Positions 53,310 through 63,156 of a stretch of 64,000 nucleotides of DNA are shown piece by piece. The first letter of the stretch is position 1. Each line of letters starts with the position of its first letter. The stretch is from NCBI GenBank assembly GCA_039630545.1, contig JBCNUU010000002.1, positions 159,994 to 223,993 of the forward strand, in the 5' to 3' direction. The DNA comes from Endomicrobiia bacterium (GTDB taxonomy: Bacteria > Elusimicrobiota > Endomicrobiia > DTEH01). A model generated the notes under the pieces. The model ran no database searches. It saw only the letters and a list, made by a program, of their open reading frames with translations, and had not been told where the DNA came from. Both the position numbers and the translations under genes were made by a program.

Positions 53310-56300
53310 ATGAAGATAAATTTTTTGTGCTTAATGATTTTTTTAACTTTAAATTTATACTCTCTTCCTTCCATAAATAATATTACAGTACAAAATAATC
53401 CTAAATATTTGCTTAAAGGTCAATCCTATGTGGTAAGTTTTTCTTATTCAGGAGGTAATCAACCAAATCAAGATACTATTTTTTATGCTATTGGACTTTC
53501 TACTAACACTATAGCAGAAAAGACTAATTCTCAAACTACTCCGGCACCGGATTATTATCTTACTACTGATGATGGAAGCTCCTCAGTTAACAGCAATGGT
53601 ACAGGAATTGTAAGTAGTAACTATGGTAAAAGACTTCCTGGTGATTCTGGGACTAAAACCATCACAATAACGATTCCTACACATATTCCTGATGGAGAAT
53701 ACTATATAGTTGTAATAGCAAGAGATTACTACTTAGATCAAGCAACAGATTTTAGCTATGGAGTTTCAAATACTAAGTTTGTTGTAGCTTTTAATCAACC
53801 ACCTAAGATATTTGATTTGAGTTTTCCTTTGATAGGTAGTACTTCTACAATATTTAATTTCTCTGCAAGAATAGAAGATCCAGAAGAACAAACCGTTAGT
53901 TGTAGTTTATATATTGATAATCAATTAGTTCTTCCATTTCAGGCTAAATCTTCAGGAGAGACTTGGAGTTATCAGACTTCTCTTTCTTTAGGAGAACATT
54001 CTTATAAGTGGGTTGCTTACGATATTTTTAATTCTACTTCAGTTTATACAGGAGTTTTAAAAGTAACTCAAAATTTTCCTGAAATACAGGATTTAACTTC
54101 TCCTTCAACAGGTAGCATTCATACTACTTTTAATTTTAAATGTATAGTTATAGATCCTGAAAATGAAAATGTAAAAGTCGTTTTGAAAATCAATGACAGA
54201 GAAGTGTTTAATGACACAAAACCATCGGGATCAGAATTTTTTTATATAATTTCTGGAAATCAACTTGGAGGAATAGGGGATTATACCTATCGTTGGGAAG
54301 CCGAGGATATAAACGGCAACAAATCCTCTGCAGTTGTAGGATTAGTGAGTGTAAGAGGAGATTCTCCTCCAATTTTAGAAAATAAAGTATCACCTTTAGC
54401 ACCACTTTATGGAGACTTTGATACGCAATTTTTATTAGAGGTTAAAGCAGTCCCAACTGATAATCCGATAAGTAAAGTTGAGCTCTACATAGATGGTAGT
54501 TTAAAGACACCAACTTTTGATAGTAATTCTCAAACTTACAAATTTCAAATTCAAGGAAGCCAACTTGGATGGGGAGAACACAAGTATAGGTGGATAGCTT
54601 TTGACTCTAAAAATAATCAGTCTAACCCAGTAGAGGGTTTAATTAGAGTAGCTTCTAATAGAATAAAAGTTAATCAGATAGGATATCTTCCCAACTATAA
54701 AAAAATTGCCTTTGTTACTTACTCAGATACCAAACTATGGAATAGTTATTCATCTCAAGGTACTCCTCCTACTAATCCAGCCAGTATAGCTAGAGTAATA
54801 GATGTTAAAACAGGCAGGGTGGTTTTAGATAATATATCGCTTCCAACTCCAGAATGGGATGAAAATTCTTGGGACTATGTTCAGGAAATTGATTTTTCTA
54901 GTTTAACACAAGAAGGAATCTATTGTATAGAAGTTCCAGGTATAGGAAGATCATGTTGGTTTAGGATTTCTAACAATGTATATTACGATGTATTTAAGAC
55001 AGTTTTCAGATCTTATTATCTTCAAAGATGTGGTATAAGTATAAACGACAAGATAAGTGGAGTTTATCATGATGTTTGTCATGTAAATGATGCTTTATAT
55101 TTTAGAAGAAACGATGCTCCTACTTTAAAATTCGATGCTGGAACTCCTAATAAAGGAGGAAGTGATACTATAGGAACTGCTCTTAAGGTGGTCCCTTCAG
55201 GATATTTTAGAGGAGGTTGGCATGATGCAGGAGATTATAATAAATATGCTACTACTATAGCTACAGTTCTTTTACAATTTTTCTGGAAATATGAAAAGTT
55301 TCATTATCTTTTTCAAGATGACGATTTAGATATACCTGAAAGTGGTAATGGAATCCCAGACATTTTAGACGAAGCGAAATATGCAGTTGAATTTTTACTT
55401 AAAATGCAGATACCCAGAGGTGGGTTAGGTGATCCTTCAATAGGAATATATGTTGACTCTAAATATGCTGGAGCTGTATATCATAAATGTACTAATTATG
55501 ATTTTGGTCCGTTTATTACTCCTGACATAGACGGATTAGCAAGATATATAGCAGGAATAACACCTACTGATGTTGGTTTATTTGCAGGTTGTATGGCACA
55601 AGCAGCAAGAATATACAAAGATTACTTCCCAGAACTTGCTCAAAGAGCAAAGCAAGCAGCTATTTTTGCTTGGGAGTGGTTAGAGACTATTCCAGAAAAT
55701 GATCCTTCGTGGATAGCTGGAGGTACAGGTCAACAACCAGAAAATATGCATACAGGTCCATATCTTTCGCGTGCAGGAGATATAGATGAAAGATTTGTTG
55801 CAGCTGTTGAGTTGTTTAAACTTACAGGTGAAAAAAAATATGAGGATTACATACTTTCAAAATATCAAGATGAAAATAACTGGAAGACAGAATTGGGAGC
55901 TCCTGTAGATACCATTTATCCTTTTAATTGGGCAGATATGCATACTTTAGGAATGTTTGATTATTTTGATCTGTTACAAGAAAAAATTGATAAAAACGAA
56001 GTTCTTACTCCAGCTCAACAACAAGCATACAATTTTATTAAAGAAAAAATATTTGCTACTGCAGACAGAGTAGTTAAGGTTGTAAACAACCAGTACGTTT
56101 TTCCTACAACTCCCTATAACTATCCATCAGATGGGAAAAAATATAACAACAAATATAGAGTAGCTTTAGTGGGAGGATATAAGTTTAGCGGATATGGAGA
56201 AGGAGATTGGCCTTATTACAATGAGTTTGTGTGGGCATCAAACAAATTAGCTGTTGCTTATGCTGAAATTTTGATTTTCGCTTATGAGCTTTCAAAAAAG

Positions 56301-59264
56301 TTGGGTCAACCTAAGCCAGAATATATAGATGCCGCACTCGATCAATTGCACTATGTACTAGGTAGAAATGCTGTTAATAAGTGTTTTGTTACAGGCATAG
56401 GTTGGAATCAAGTTGCTAAGCCTCATCATAGATATTGTCAGCCTGCTCAGGTTATGATCCCGGGACAGTTAGTAGGAGGGCCAAACAAAGATGGTGCTGA
56501 TTATACGAAACCTAATGAAACTTCATCTGTAGATTTAAAATCACCTGCAGGAGATCCAATGGAGACAACACCTCATCCTTATCCAAGATATGATCATCCT
56601 TATGGAATTTTAAAAAAAGGAGATCCTTATCCTATAGCTAAGAGTTACTTTGATGATTGGAATGCTTATGCTTCCAACGAGTATGCTATTGATTATCCGA
56701 TAGGTTTAGTATTAGTTGCTAAATATTTTTCTCCTAAAGGACCTTCCTTGCCAAAAGTTAGGATACTATCTCCAACCGAAAACACACCTGTAGACAGTTA
56801 CTCAATGATAATAAAAGCGTCTGTTGATAATCCTTCAAAAGTAAAAATCGTACAGTTTAATGTAGATGGTGGCACATGGCAAACAATGAAAGATGAAGGT
56901 GGTGGAGTTTACTCTGCTTTTTATAATGATGGTTCCAACAAACCTTATAACCCTAATGAAGATTTTGTTGTTACTAGATGGGATCACCAGGGAGCTAATT
57001 TTCAGACATTAGGTAGAGGCTGGAGTGGAGTATACGGAGATGATGGAGGTTCTTTGGTTAATGGAAGAAATTTACAAGGAGCAGGAGCTGATGCTTTATT
57101 GGTTTCTTCTTTACCGGATGGTAGTTCTCCTAGATCTGGTAATTATTGTGCTTTGTTTTCTTGGGATTTTAGACCGTTTGATCCTATAAGAAGTAGTATA
57201 GGATATGCTTATGCTGGTCAAGCAGCATTTTTTTATTCTGGAGAAACTAGTTATCATGATATTTCTAATTATACAGGACTTTACGTATGGTTATGGGGTG
57301 ATTATAGTAATATTGAGAATGGTGATGACTCAGTGGGTGCCTTAGTAAGAGTGCAACTTACAGATATTACAAAAGGCTCCACCAAAGAATCTGGGTGTGA
57401 GTGGTGGGGAGTAAATTTAATGGTAAAACCAGGATGGAACAGATATGTAATACCTCTTTCTAAGTTTAGGGTTCCTGCTTGGGCTACTCCTGGAAATGGT
57501 TTAGATGATGGTATATTTAACACTAAAAGGATAAGAGGAGTTGAGTTTGTAGCAGAAACCGCTGATGTAAAAGGAACAATAGCAATAGATGACATAGTTT
57601 TCTATAAAGGTTATCTTCCTCCTACAGAAAACGTAGATTTAGAAATATCAGATTTGGAATTTGAACAAAATGGTGTAAAAATTTCTGTAGGAGAAGTAAA
57701 TAAAGAAATTAAAATAAATGCTTTGTTGAAAAATAAAACTTTCTGTCATGTTATAAATGTAAGGGTAATAGATGAAAACGATATGATCTGTGCTGATAGT
57801 GTGGTGGTTCCTTCAAGAAACAATGTTAATTTAAACCTTACATACACATTTTTTATAGACATAAATAAAAATGGAAAATATGATAGTTCCATTGATACCA
57901 TTCTGCACACAAAACAAACTTCTTTTAAAGGTTCAGTAGTGCTTTCCGCTAGTTATACTCCTACCAATACTGGAGAATATATCATAGGTTTGATAGTAGA
58001 TCCTTTAAACGAAATACCAGAAGATTCAGAACTCAATAACGTTATTACTAAAGCTCTTTATGTAGGAACTACTGCGATAGGTGGTTCTGATAATAACCAA
58101 CAAAACACAGATTCCTCAGGGTCAGGAGGTAGTGGTGGAAATACAGGAGGGAATAATTCTATTACAGATACTACTCCACCTTCTAAAATTACAAATCTTG
58201 CTGTAACATTAATTAACAACAAGGTAGGAAGAGTTCTTCTAACCTGGAGTTCTCCAGGGGATGACGGAAATAGTGGAAATTTTACAGGTGTTTTTATCTT
58301 GAAGTACTTAAGAACTGAAAGTTTGCCAGAAAATTATAACTGGCAGGATGAAAATGTAGTGACCATAAGTATTTCTACTTCAAATGTTAACGTTGGCAGT
58401 TTGCAACAATTTACTTTAGGACCTCTTGTGTTGAATTCTACTTATTATTTTAGGATATGGTCAAAAGATGATTCTAATAATTTATCTGAAGGTTCAAATA
58501 TCGTTGGTATTTATGTGCCGTATACGGTAGAATCAACTACTAAGACTATTCAAAACACTACTTCTTTGCCTTATGCAGAAATAATTCCTAATTTAGGTTT
58601 TGTTAATGAAAGAAGAAGTTTTACATTAATAATAAATCCTAATGTCATACAAGGAGAAGGAATTGACTACATTCTTATAAGTGTACCTTTATGCAACACT
58701 CCTATATTGAAAAATATAATTATTAATAATCAAGTGGTAAAACCAAAACAAGTAAAAATATTTTCTAACCAAATAGAAATTTTACTTAGCTCAAAAGTTT
58801 CTTCTTTAATAAAAATTGAATTTTCTGTAAATTTACCTTCTTATACAAACAATATACAACTCATAGTGGAAACAGGTTTAAGTGAATATCTAACAGATAC
58901 ATTTGTTTGTGTTGGAAAAGATACAGATGGAATAAATGGTAACTCAGACGATCTTTATATTAAAGTTAATCCAAGAAGTTTTGAAATAGATAACATAGTA
59001 GCATATCCATCGCCAGTTAAAGCCGATAAGATATACTTTATTTATAGACTTTCTCAAACCTCAAAACAAGTAAAAATCTATATCTTTAGCATGTTTGGAA
59101 TTCTTATAGATGTAATAGATGGTAGCTGTCAAGGTGGCTACAATGAAGTTTTGTGGGAAAAAGTTAATAAGATTGGTAATGGTGTATATCTTTATAAAAT
59201 AGAAGCTGAAAGTTTAAATGGAGAAAAGGTTGTAAGGTGGGATAAGTTTTCAGTTTTAAGATAA
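53310..59264 (+). CDS. Multimodular GH9 glucanase: signal peptide, three Ig-like repeats, CelD-N Ig, GH9, Ig, CBM11-like, CARDB, Gly/Ser linker, FN3, T9SS-like CTD
   Basis: IKVNQIGY (CelD-N), GGWHDAGDYNKY, PESGNGIPDILDE, YVLGRN, PHHR and SNEYAIDY. CBM11-like GW..Y.IPLSKF...GTIAIDDIVF; C-terminus AYPSP...NGVYLYKI...KFSVLR. Confidence 0.9.
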   Translation: MKINFLCLMIFLTLNLYSLPSINNITVQNNPKYLLKGQSYVVSFSYSGGNQPNQDTIFYAIGLSTNTIAEKTNSQTTPAPDYYLTTDDGSSSVNSNGTGIVSSNYGKRLPGDSGTKTITITIPTHIPDGEYYIVVIARDYYLDQATDFSYGVSNTKFVVAFNQPPKIFDLSFPLIGSTSTIFNFSARIEDPEEQTVSCSLYIDNQLVLPFQAKSSGETWSYQTSLSLGEHSYKWVAYDIFNSTSVYTGVLKVTQNFPEIQDLTSPSTGSIHTTFNFKCIVIDPENENVKVVLKINDREVFNDTKPSGSEFFYIISGNQLGGIGDYTYRWEAEDINGNKSSAVVGLVSVRGDSPPILENKVSPLAPLYGDFDTQFLLEVKAVPTDNPISKVELYIDGSLKTPTFDSNSQTYKFQIQGSQLGWGEHKYRWIAFDSKNNQSNPVEGLIRVASNRIKVNQIGYLPNYKKIAFVTYSDTKLWNSYSSQGTPPTNPASIARVIDVKTGRVVLDNISLPTPEWDENSWDYVQEIDFSSLTQEGIYCIEVPGIGRSCWFRISNNVYYDVFKTVFRSYYLQRCGISINDKISGVYHDVCHVNDALYFRRNDAPTLKFDAGTPNKGGSDTIGTALKVVPSGYFRGGWHDAGDYNKYATTIATVLLQFFWKYEKFHYLFQDDDLDIPESGNGIPDILDEAKYAVEFLLKMQIPRGGLGDPSIGIYVDSKYAGAVYHKCTNYDFGPFITPDIDGLARYIAGITPTDVGLFAGCMAQAARIYKDYFPELAQRAKQAAIFAWEWLETIPENDPSWIAGGTGQQPENMHTGPYLSRAGDIDERFVAAVELFKLTGEKKYEDYILSKYQDENNWKTELGAPVDTIYPFNWADMHTLGMFDYFDLLQEKIDKNEVLTPAQQQAYNFIKEKIFATADRVVKVVNNQYVFPTTPYNYPSDGKKYNNKYRVALVGGYKFSGYGEGDWPYYNEFVWASNKLAVAYAEILIFAYELSKKLGQPKPEYIDAALDQLHYVLGRNAVNKCFVTGIGWNQVAKPHHRYCQPAQVMIPGQLVGGPNKDGADYTKPNETSSVDLKSPAGDPMETTPHPYPRYDHPYGILKKGDPYPIAKSYFDDWNAYASNEYAIDYPIGLVLVAKYFSPKGPSLPKVRILSPTENTPVDSYSMIIKASVDNPSKVKIVQFNVDGGTWQTMKDEGGGVYSAFYNDGSNKPYNPNEDFVVTRWDHQGANFQTLGRGWSGVYGDDGGSLVNGRNLQGAGADALLVSSLPDGSSPRSGNYCALFSWDFRPFDPIRSSIGYAYAGQAAFFYSGETSYHDISNYTGLYVWLWGDYSNIENGDDSVGALVRVQLTDITKGSTKESGCEWWGVNLMVKPGWNRYVIPLSKFRVPAWATPGNGLDDGIFNTKRIRGVEFVAETADVKGTIAIDDIVFYKGYLPPTENVDLEISDLEFEQNGVKISVGEVNKEIKINALLKNKTFCHVINVRVIDENDMICADSVVVPSRNNVNLNLTYTFFIDINKNGKYDSSIDTILHTKQTSFKGSVVLSASYTPTNTGEYIIGLIVDPLNEIPEDSELNNVITKALYVGTTAIGGSDNNQQNTDSSGSGGSGGNTGGNNSITDTTPPSKITNLAVTLINNKVGRVLLTWSSPGDDGNSGNFTGVFILKYLRTESLPENYNWQDENVVTISISTSNVNVGSLQQFTLGPLVLNSTYYFRIWSKDDSNNLSEGSNIVGIYVPYTVESTTKTIQNTTSLPYAEIIPNLGFVNERRSFTLIINPNVIQGEGIDYILISVPLCNTPILKNIIINNQVVKPKQVKIFSNQIEILLSSKVSSLIKIEFSVNLPSYTNNIQLIVETGLSEYLTDTFVCVGKDTDGINGNSDDLYIKVNPRSFEIDNIVAYPSPVKADKIYFIYRLSQTSKQVKIYIFSMFGILIDVIDGSCQGGYNEVLWEKVNKIGNGVYLYKIEAESLNGEKVVRWDKFSVLR

Positions 59265-59293
59265 TATAAAAATAGTTTTTTTCCTTCTCTATT

Positions 59294-62200
59294 ATGAACA
59301 GCAAAAAATCGATTTTAATTTTGTTTTTTAGTATTGTTTTTAGTATTATAAAAGCTGGTGATTATAACTATGTAGATGCAATGGCTAAAACTCTTATGTT
59401 TTTTGAAGCTAACAGATGTGGAAAAAAGGTCAACATTTATAATAGATTTAACTGGAGAGGCCCATGTCATATATATGATGGTATAGATATAGGTGAAGAC
59501 CTCGAAGGAGGTTATCACGATGCTGGAGATCATGTGATATTTGGTATGCCACAAACATATTCATTTAGTACTCTTGGATGGGCGTATTATGAAACTAAAG
59601 ATGTATACGAAAGAACAGGACAGAAAGTCTGGATGCTAAGAACTTTAAAGTATTTTTCAGATTTTTTTATGAAATGTCATAGGAACCCTGATATATTTTA
59701 CTATCAAAAAGGTGATGGAACAATAGATCATAACTATTGGGGACCTCCTGAAATTCAAACATATGATGACTACAAAATAGCAAGAGCCATCAAACATAAA
59801 GCATCATCAGATACACCAGCAGGAGATGTAGCAGCAAATGCTGCAGCAGGTATGGCTTTGATGTATTTAAATTACAAAGATGAGGATTATAATTATGCTG
59901 TTGATTGTTTAACACATTCTTTAACTCTTTATAGGTTAGCTAGAAAGTATGAAGGATTAGGAACGGGTGACGGGTTTTATACTCATGACACATTTGAGGA
60001 CGATATGTCATTTGCTGCAGTTTGGCTTGCAAGAGCCTCAAAAGATTATGGAGATCAACAAATAAAACAAGACTTTGGAAGTATATTAAACTCAATCTTT
60101 GAAGAAAATGTAGTTGACAGTACTGTTACTATTTATCAAAGGTTTTTAGACGACGCAAAACTTTATTTAAGAAGAAAAGCAGGAACTCAAGACCCTGATG
60201 ATTTTCAATACGAACCTTTCTGGCCTTATTGTTGGGGAAACATTTTTATGGGTTCTGTATTACTTTATGGGTTGGAAGTTGATTCTTATCTTAAATCCTT
60301 AGGAAAATCAAATCCATATTTAGCTCAAATAAGAAAAGTTTTAGGAAATTATGCTTCAGGAACTTCTTATTTTTCTAAAACTCCAGGAGGACTTACCTAT
60401 CCTAATACCTGGGGTGTTTTAAGATATGTATCTGCTGCAATGTTTTGTTTTGGAGTTTATCTTAAATATAATCCACAAGAACCGAACTATCAAAGTTGGC
60501 TTCAATATATTAAATCTCAGATTGATTATATTTTAGGAGATAATCCAAGAGTTACAATTGATGTAGATCATCCAGAAGGTTTTTCCAATCCTGGTTCTTA
60601 TATAGTAGGTTGGGGTAAAAACCCACCTAAACATCCACATCATAGAGCAGCTCATGGAAGCAGAACCAACAATATGAATCAACCAAGATATCATAAACAC
60701 ACACTTTATGGTGCATTAGTAGGGGGACCTAATTCGAATGACGTTCATAATGATGTCACTACAGATTATGTATTGAATGAAGTAGCAATCGATTATAATG
60801 CCTCAGCTGTTGCAGGTTTAAGTATCGCTTCATACTTCTGGGGAAACCAGCAAATGCCGCTGCCTGATCCAGAACCAGAACCTCATCCTGGTGATGAGAT
60901 TTATATAACAGCAGTTATGGGACAGGATTCTGGACAAAGATCACAACCTGCTGTGTATCTATATGTAGATACTAACTATCCACCGCAGTTTGTGTCTGAT
61001 TTATCTTATAAGTATTTTTTCGACATTACAGAAATATTGAAAGCTAGTTCTACTTATTCTCATCAAAATATTAAAGTAGAAACAGCATATAATCCAGTTT
61101 CTTCTGCTACAATTTCTTCAGTCTTACCGTATGATATTTCCAGAAATATTTACTATGTAGAAGTTAAGTATAATCAACCATTACCATTTTGTATTACTAC
61201 ACCTATATTTTCTCCATATGCACCATATCAGTTTGCTTTAGTATTTCAAAGTCCAACATGGGAAGAAATATGGGATTCAAGAAATGATTATTCAAGAATA
61301 GCACTTTCTACAGGAAGCACAGCTCAGGAAGCTGTTAAAACATATAGAATTCCTGTTTATAAAAATGGAGTCCTTATTTATGGGACTGAACCTGCAAGGA
61401 GATTTGATCCATTGGACGAGCCTCCTAGAATTTTTATTTCTCGACCTTATCCAAACACAACCTTAAGTGGTAATATTTATTTAGAAGGTTCTGCAGTAGA
61501 TGATAAAGGAATAGAAAATTTTGTTTTTTACATCCATAATCCAGATACCATGCAGATATTATATGTCTCTACAATTACTCAGTATGTACAAGCTCACACT
61601 ACTTATACATTTAACACTTTTTGGGACTCTAAAAATTATCCTAATGGTGTATACCTTGTCAGAATGTTAACCACAGATACAAATGGTCAAACAGCAGTAG
61701 CTATTGAGTGGATAAACATAGACCACACTTTTTCATCATCCCAAAATTCTTATCCTCAAGTAAAGATTGTGTTTCCTGAAAATAATACTTCAATTCAAAA
61801 TAATTTTGAAGTTAGAGCGAACATCACTGATTATACTTCTGTTGCCTATGCAGAGTTGTGGATAAATGGTATATTTGTAAGTTCAAAAACATCCTCTCCA
61901 TATAACTGGTTGATAAACATTTCAAGTTTTGTCGTAGGTTCTACTGTAAGCATAAAAGTAGTAGGTGTTAACATACTTGGTTTATCTAGTTTTGATGAAA
62001 TAAAAATCTTTATATCTTCGTCTCCATTATCCGAATTTATAGCAGATATTATTTTTGTTTCTCCTTCCAGTGGAAGTGTAGTTTCTAGACAGGTGGAAAT
62101 AAATGTGAATATCATTTCTTCTTCTACGATTTCTAAAGTTGAATTTTATATAGATGGTATCTTGAAATTTACAGATACTATTTCTCCATACATCTATCTC

Positions 62201-62869
62201 TGGAACACTTTAGAGATATCAAATGGTTCTCATACTATAACTGTATATGCCTATGATTTTTATGGAAGAGTTTCTTCTAAAACGATTTCTGTAGAAGTTT
62301 TAAATATTATAAATGATAACCCACCACAGATTTCAATTTTAAATCTCATGAATGGTGAAACTATAAACGCAGATAAAACAGTTACGATCAATGTAAAAGA
62401 TGACAAAAAAATAGATAAAGTAAAAATTAAAGTCGGCAATAAACCTGAAGTTGAATATGATCTATCTCAAGAAAATTTAAAAGAAGTAAATATTAATTAT
62501 ACAATAAACCTAACTTTTTTCTTACCAAATCTTTCTTATATTTTTCAAGTTTATGCTGTGGACAGTTCCAGTCAATCTTCATATTTAAATTACTATTTCA
62601 GTATAGCAACATCCTCTCAAGAAACTGAAGATGGTGGTTTTAAGAAAATATATGTGATCTCAAATAATAAAGATCATATAAACGAAAAAATAGAATTTCC
62701 GTTTTCGGTAGATTTATTTGAAGTATTTGACTCAAGAGGCAAAAAAGTATCTTCTCAAAAAAATGTATTAAAATGGGAACCATCTAAAGAGATAAAAAGT
62801 GGTTTTTATAGTTATGTAATTTCACACCAATCTAAAACTTATAAGGGGATTATAATTATTTGCAGGTAA
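59294..62869 (+). CDS. GH9-CBM3c endoglucanase with Ig-like repeats and a short T9SS-like CTD
   Basis: FFEANRCG, DLEGGYHDAGDH, WGVLRY, PKHPHHRAAHGS, LYGALVGGP and NEVAIDYNA. CBM3c-like TNYPP...DLSYKYFFDITE; C-terminus VFDSRGKKV...W...SGFYSYVI...KGIIIICR. Confidence 0.92.
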   Translation: MNSKKSILILFFSIVFSIIKAGDYNYVDAMAKTLMFFEANRCGKKVNIYNRFNWRGPCHIYDGIDIGEDLEGGYHDAGDHVIFGMPQTYSFSTLGWAYYETKDVYERTGQKVWMLRTLKYFSDFFMKCHRNPDIFYYQKGDGTIDHNYWGPPEIQTYDDYKIARAIKHKASSDTPAGDVAANAAAGMALMYLNYKDEDYNYAVDCLTHSLTLYRLARKYEGLGTGDGFYTHDTFEDDMSFAAVWLARASKDYGDQQIKQDFGSILNSIFEENVVDSTVTIYQRFLDDAKLYLRRKAGTQDPDDFQYEPFWPYCWGNIFMGSVLLYGLEVDSYLKSLGKSNPYLAQIRKVLGNYASGTSYFSKTPGGLTYPNTWGVLRYVSAAMFCFGVYLKYNPQEPNYQSWLQYIKSQIDYILGDNPRVTIDVDHPEGFSNPGSYIVGWGKNPPKHPHHRAAHGSRTNNMNQPRYHKHTLYGALVGGPNSNDVHNDVTTDYVLNEVAIDYNASAVAGLSIASYFWGNQQMPLPDPEPEPHPGDEIYITAVMGQDSGQRSQPAVYLYVDTNYPPQFVSDLSYKYFFDITEILKASSTYSHQNIKVETAYNPVSSATISSVLPYDISRNIYYVEVKYNQPLPFCITTPIFSPYAPYQFALVFQSPTWEEIWDSRNDYSRIALSTGSTAQEAVKTYRIPVYKNGVLIYGTEPARRFDPLDEPPRIFISRPYPNTTLSGNIYLEGSAVDDKGIENFVFYIHNPDTMQILYVSTITQYVQAHTTYTFNTFWDSKNYPNGVYLVRMLTTDTNGQTAVAIEWINIDHTFSSSQNSYPQVKIVFPENNTSIQNNFEVRANITDYTSVAYAELWINGIFVSSKTSSPYNWLINISSFVVGSTVSIKVVGVNILGLSSFDEIKIFISSSPLSEFIADIIFVSPSSGSVVSRQVEINVNIISSSTISKVEFYIDGILKFTDTISPYIYLWNTLEISNGSHTITVYAYDFYGRVSSKTISVEVLNIINDNPPQISILNLMNGETINADKTVTINVKDDKKIDKVKIKVGNKPEVEYDLSQENLKEVNINYTINLTFFLPNLSYIFQVYAVDSSSQSSYLNYYFSIATSSQETEDGGFKKIYVISNNKDHINEKIEFPFSVDLFEVFDSRGKKVSSQKNVLKWEPSKEIKSGFYSYVISHQSKTYKGIIIICR

Positions 62870-62964
62870 AATTTTTTGTGTATTTATTGATAAAATTTCA
62901 AAAAAATTGTAAATAATCTTAACAAATATAACTCTAGCATTTTTAGGAAGGAGGTTTTGTAATT

Positions 62965-63156
62965 ATGATGAAAGTAAAAATGTTAATTTTAGTTTTTCTT
63001 TTATCAGTGTTGATTTTCAATATAATCACTCAACCTATGCTTCTTTTTGCTGAAAGTTCTTCATCACAAACAGAAAAAAAAGAAACAGTTGAAATTGGAA
63101 AAACAGATCTCATTCTTATCTTGTTAGCTGTTATTCTTATAATTCTTATACTTTAA
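62965..63156 (+). CDS. Small protein with an N-terminal signal peptide and a C-terminal TM helix
   Basis: Strong SD AGGAAGGAGG; hydrophobic N-terminus ending LFA, polar linker, terminal LILILLAVILIILIL. Confidence 0.65.
   Translation: MMKVKMLILVFLLSVLIFNIITQPMLLFAESSSSQTEKKETVEIGKTDLILILLAVILIILIL

Noticed and set aside
591..62115. Short minus-strand and nested ORFs in the ORF track (for example 591-773, 4075-4389, 15877-16305, 42091-42354, 57302-57595)
   Set aside because: They are shadows of well-supported + strand genes, with no motifs or start signals.
45206..62869. Cellulose synthase (bcs) operon suggested by GT2, GGDEF and glucanases
   Set aside because: The GT2 is short and lacks QxxRW and PilZ, there is no BcsB/BcsC, and the glucanases are GH9 with CBMs rather than GH8/GH5 BcsZ.
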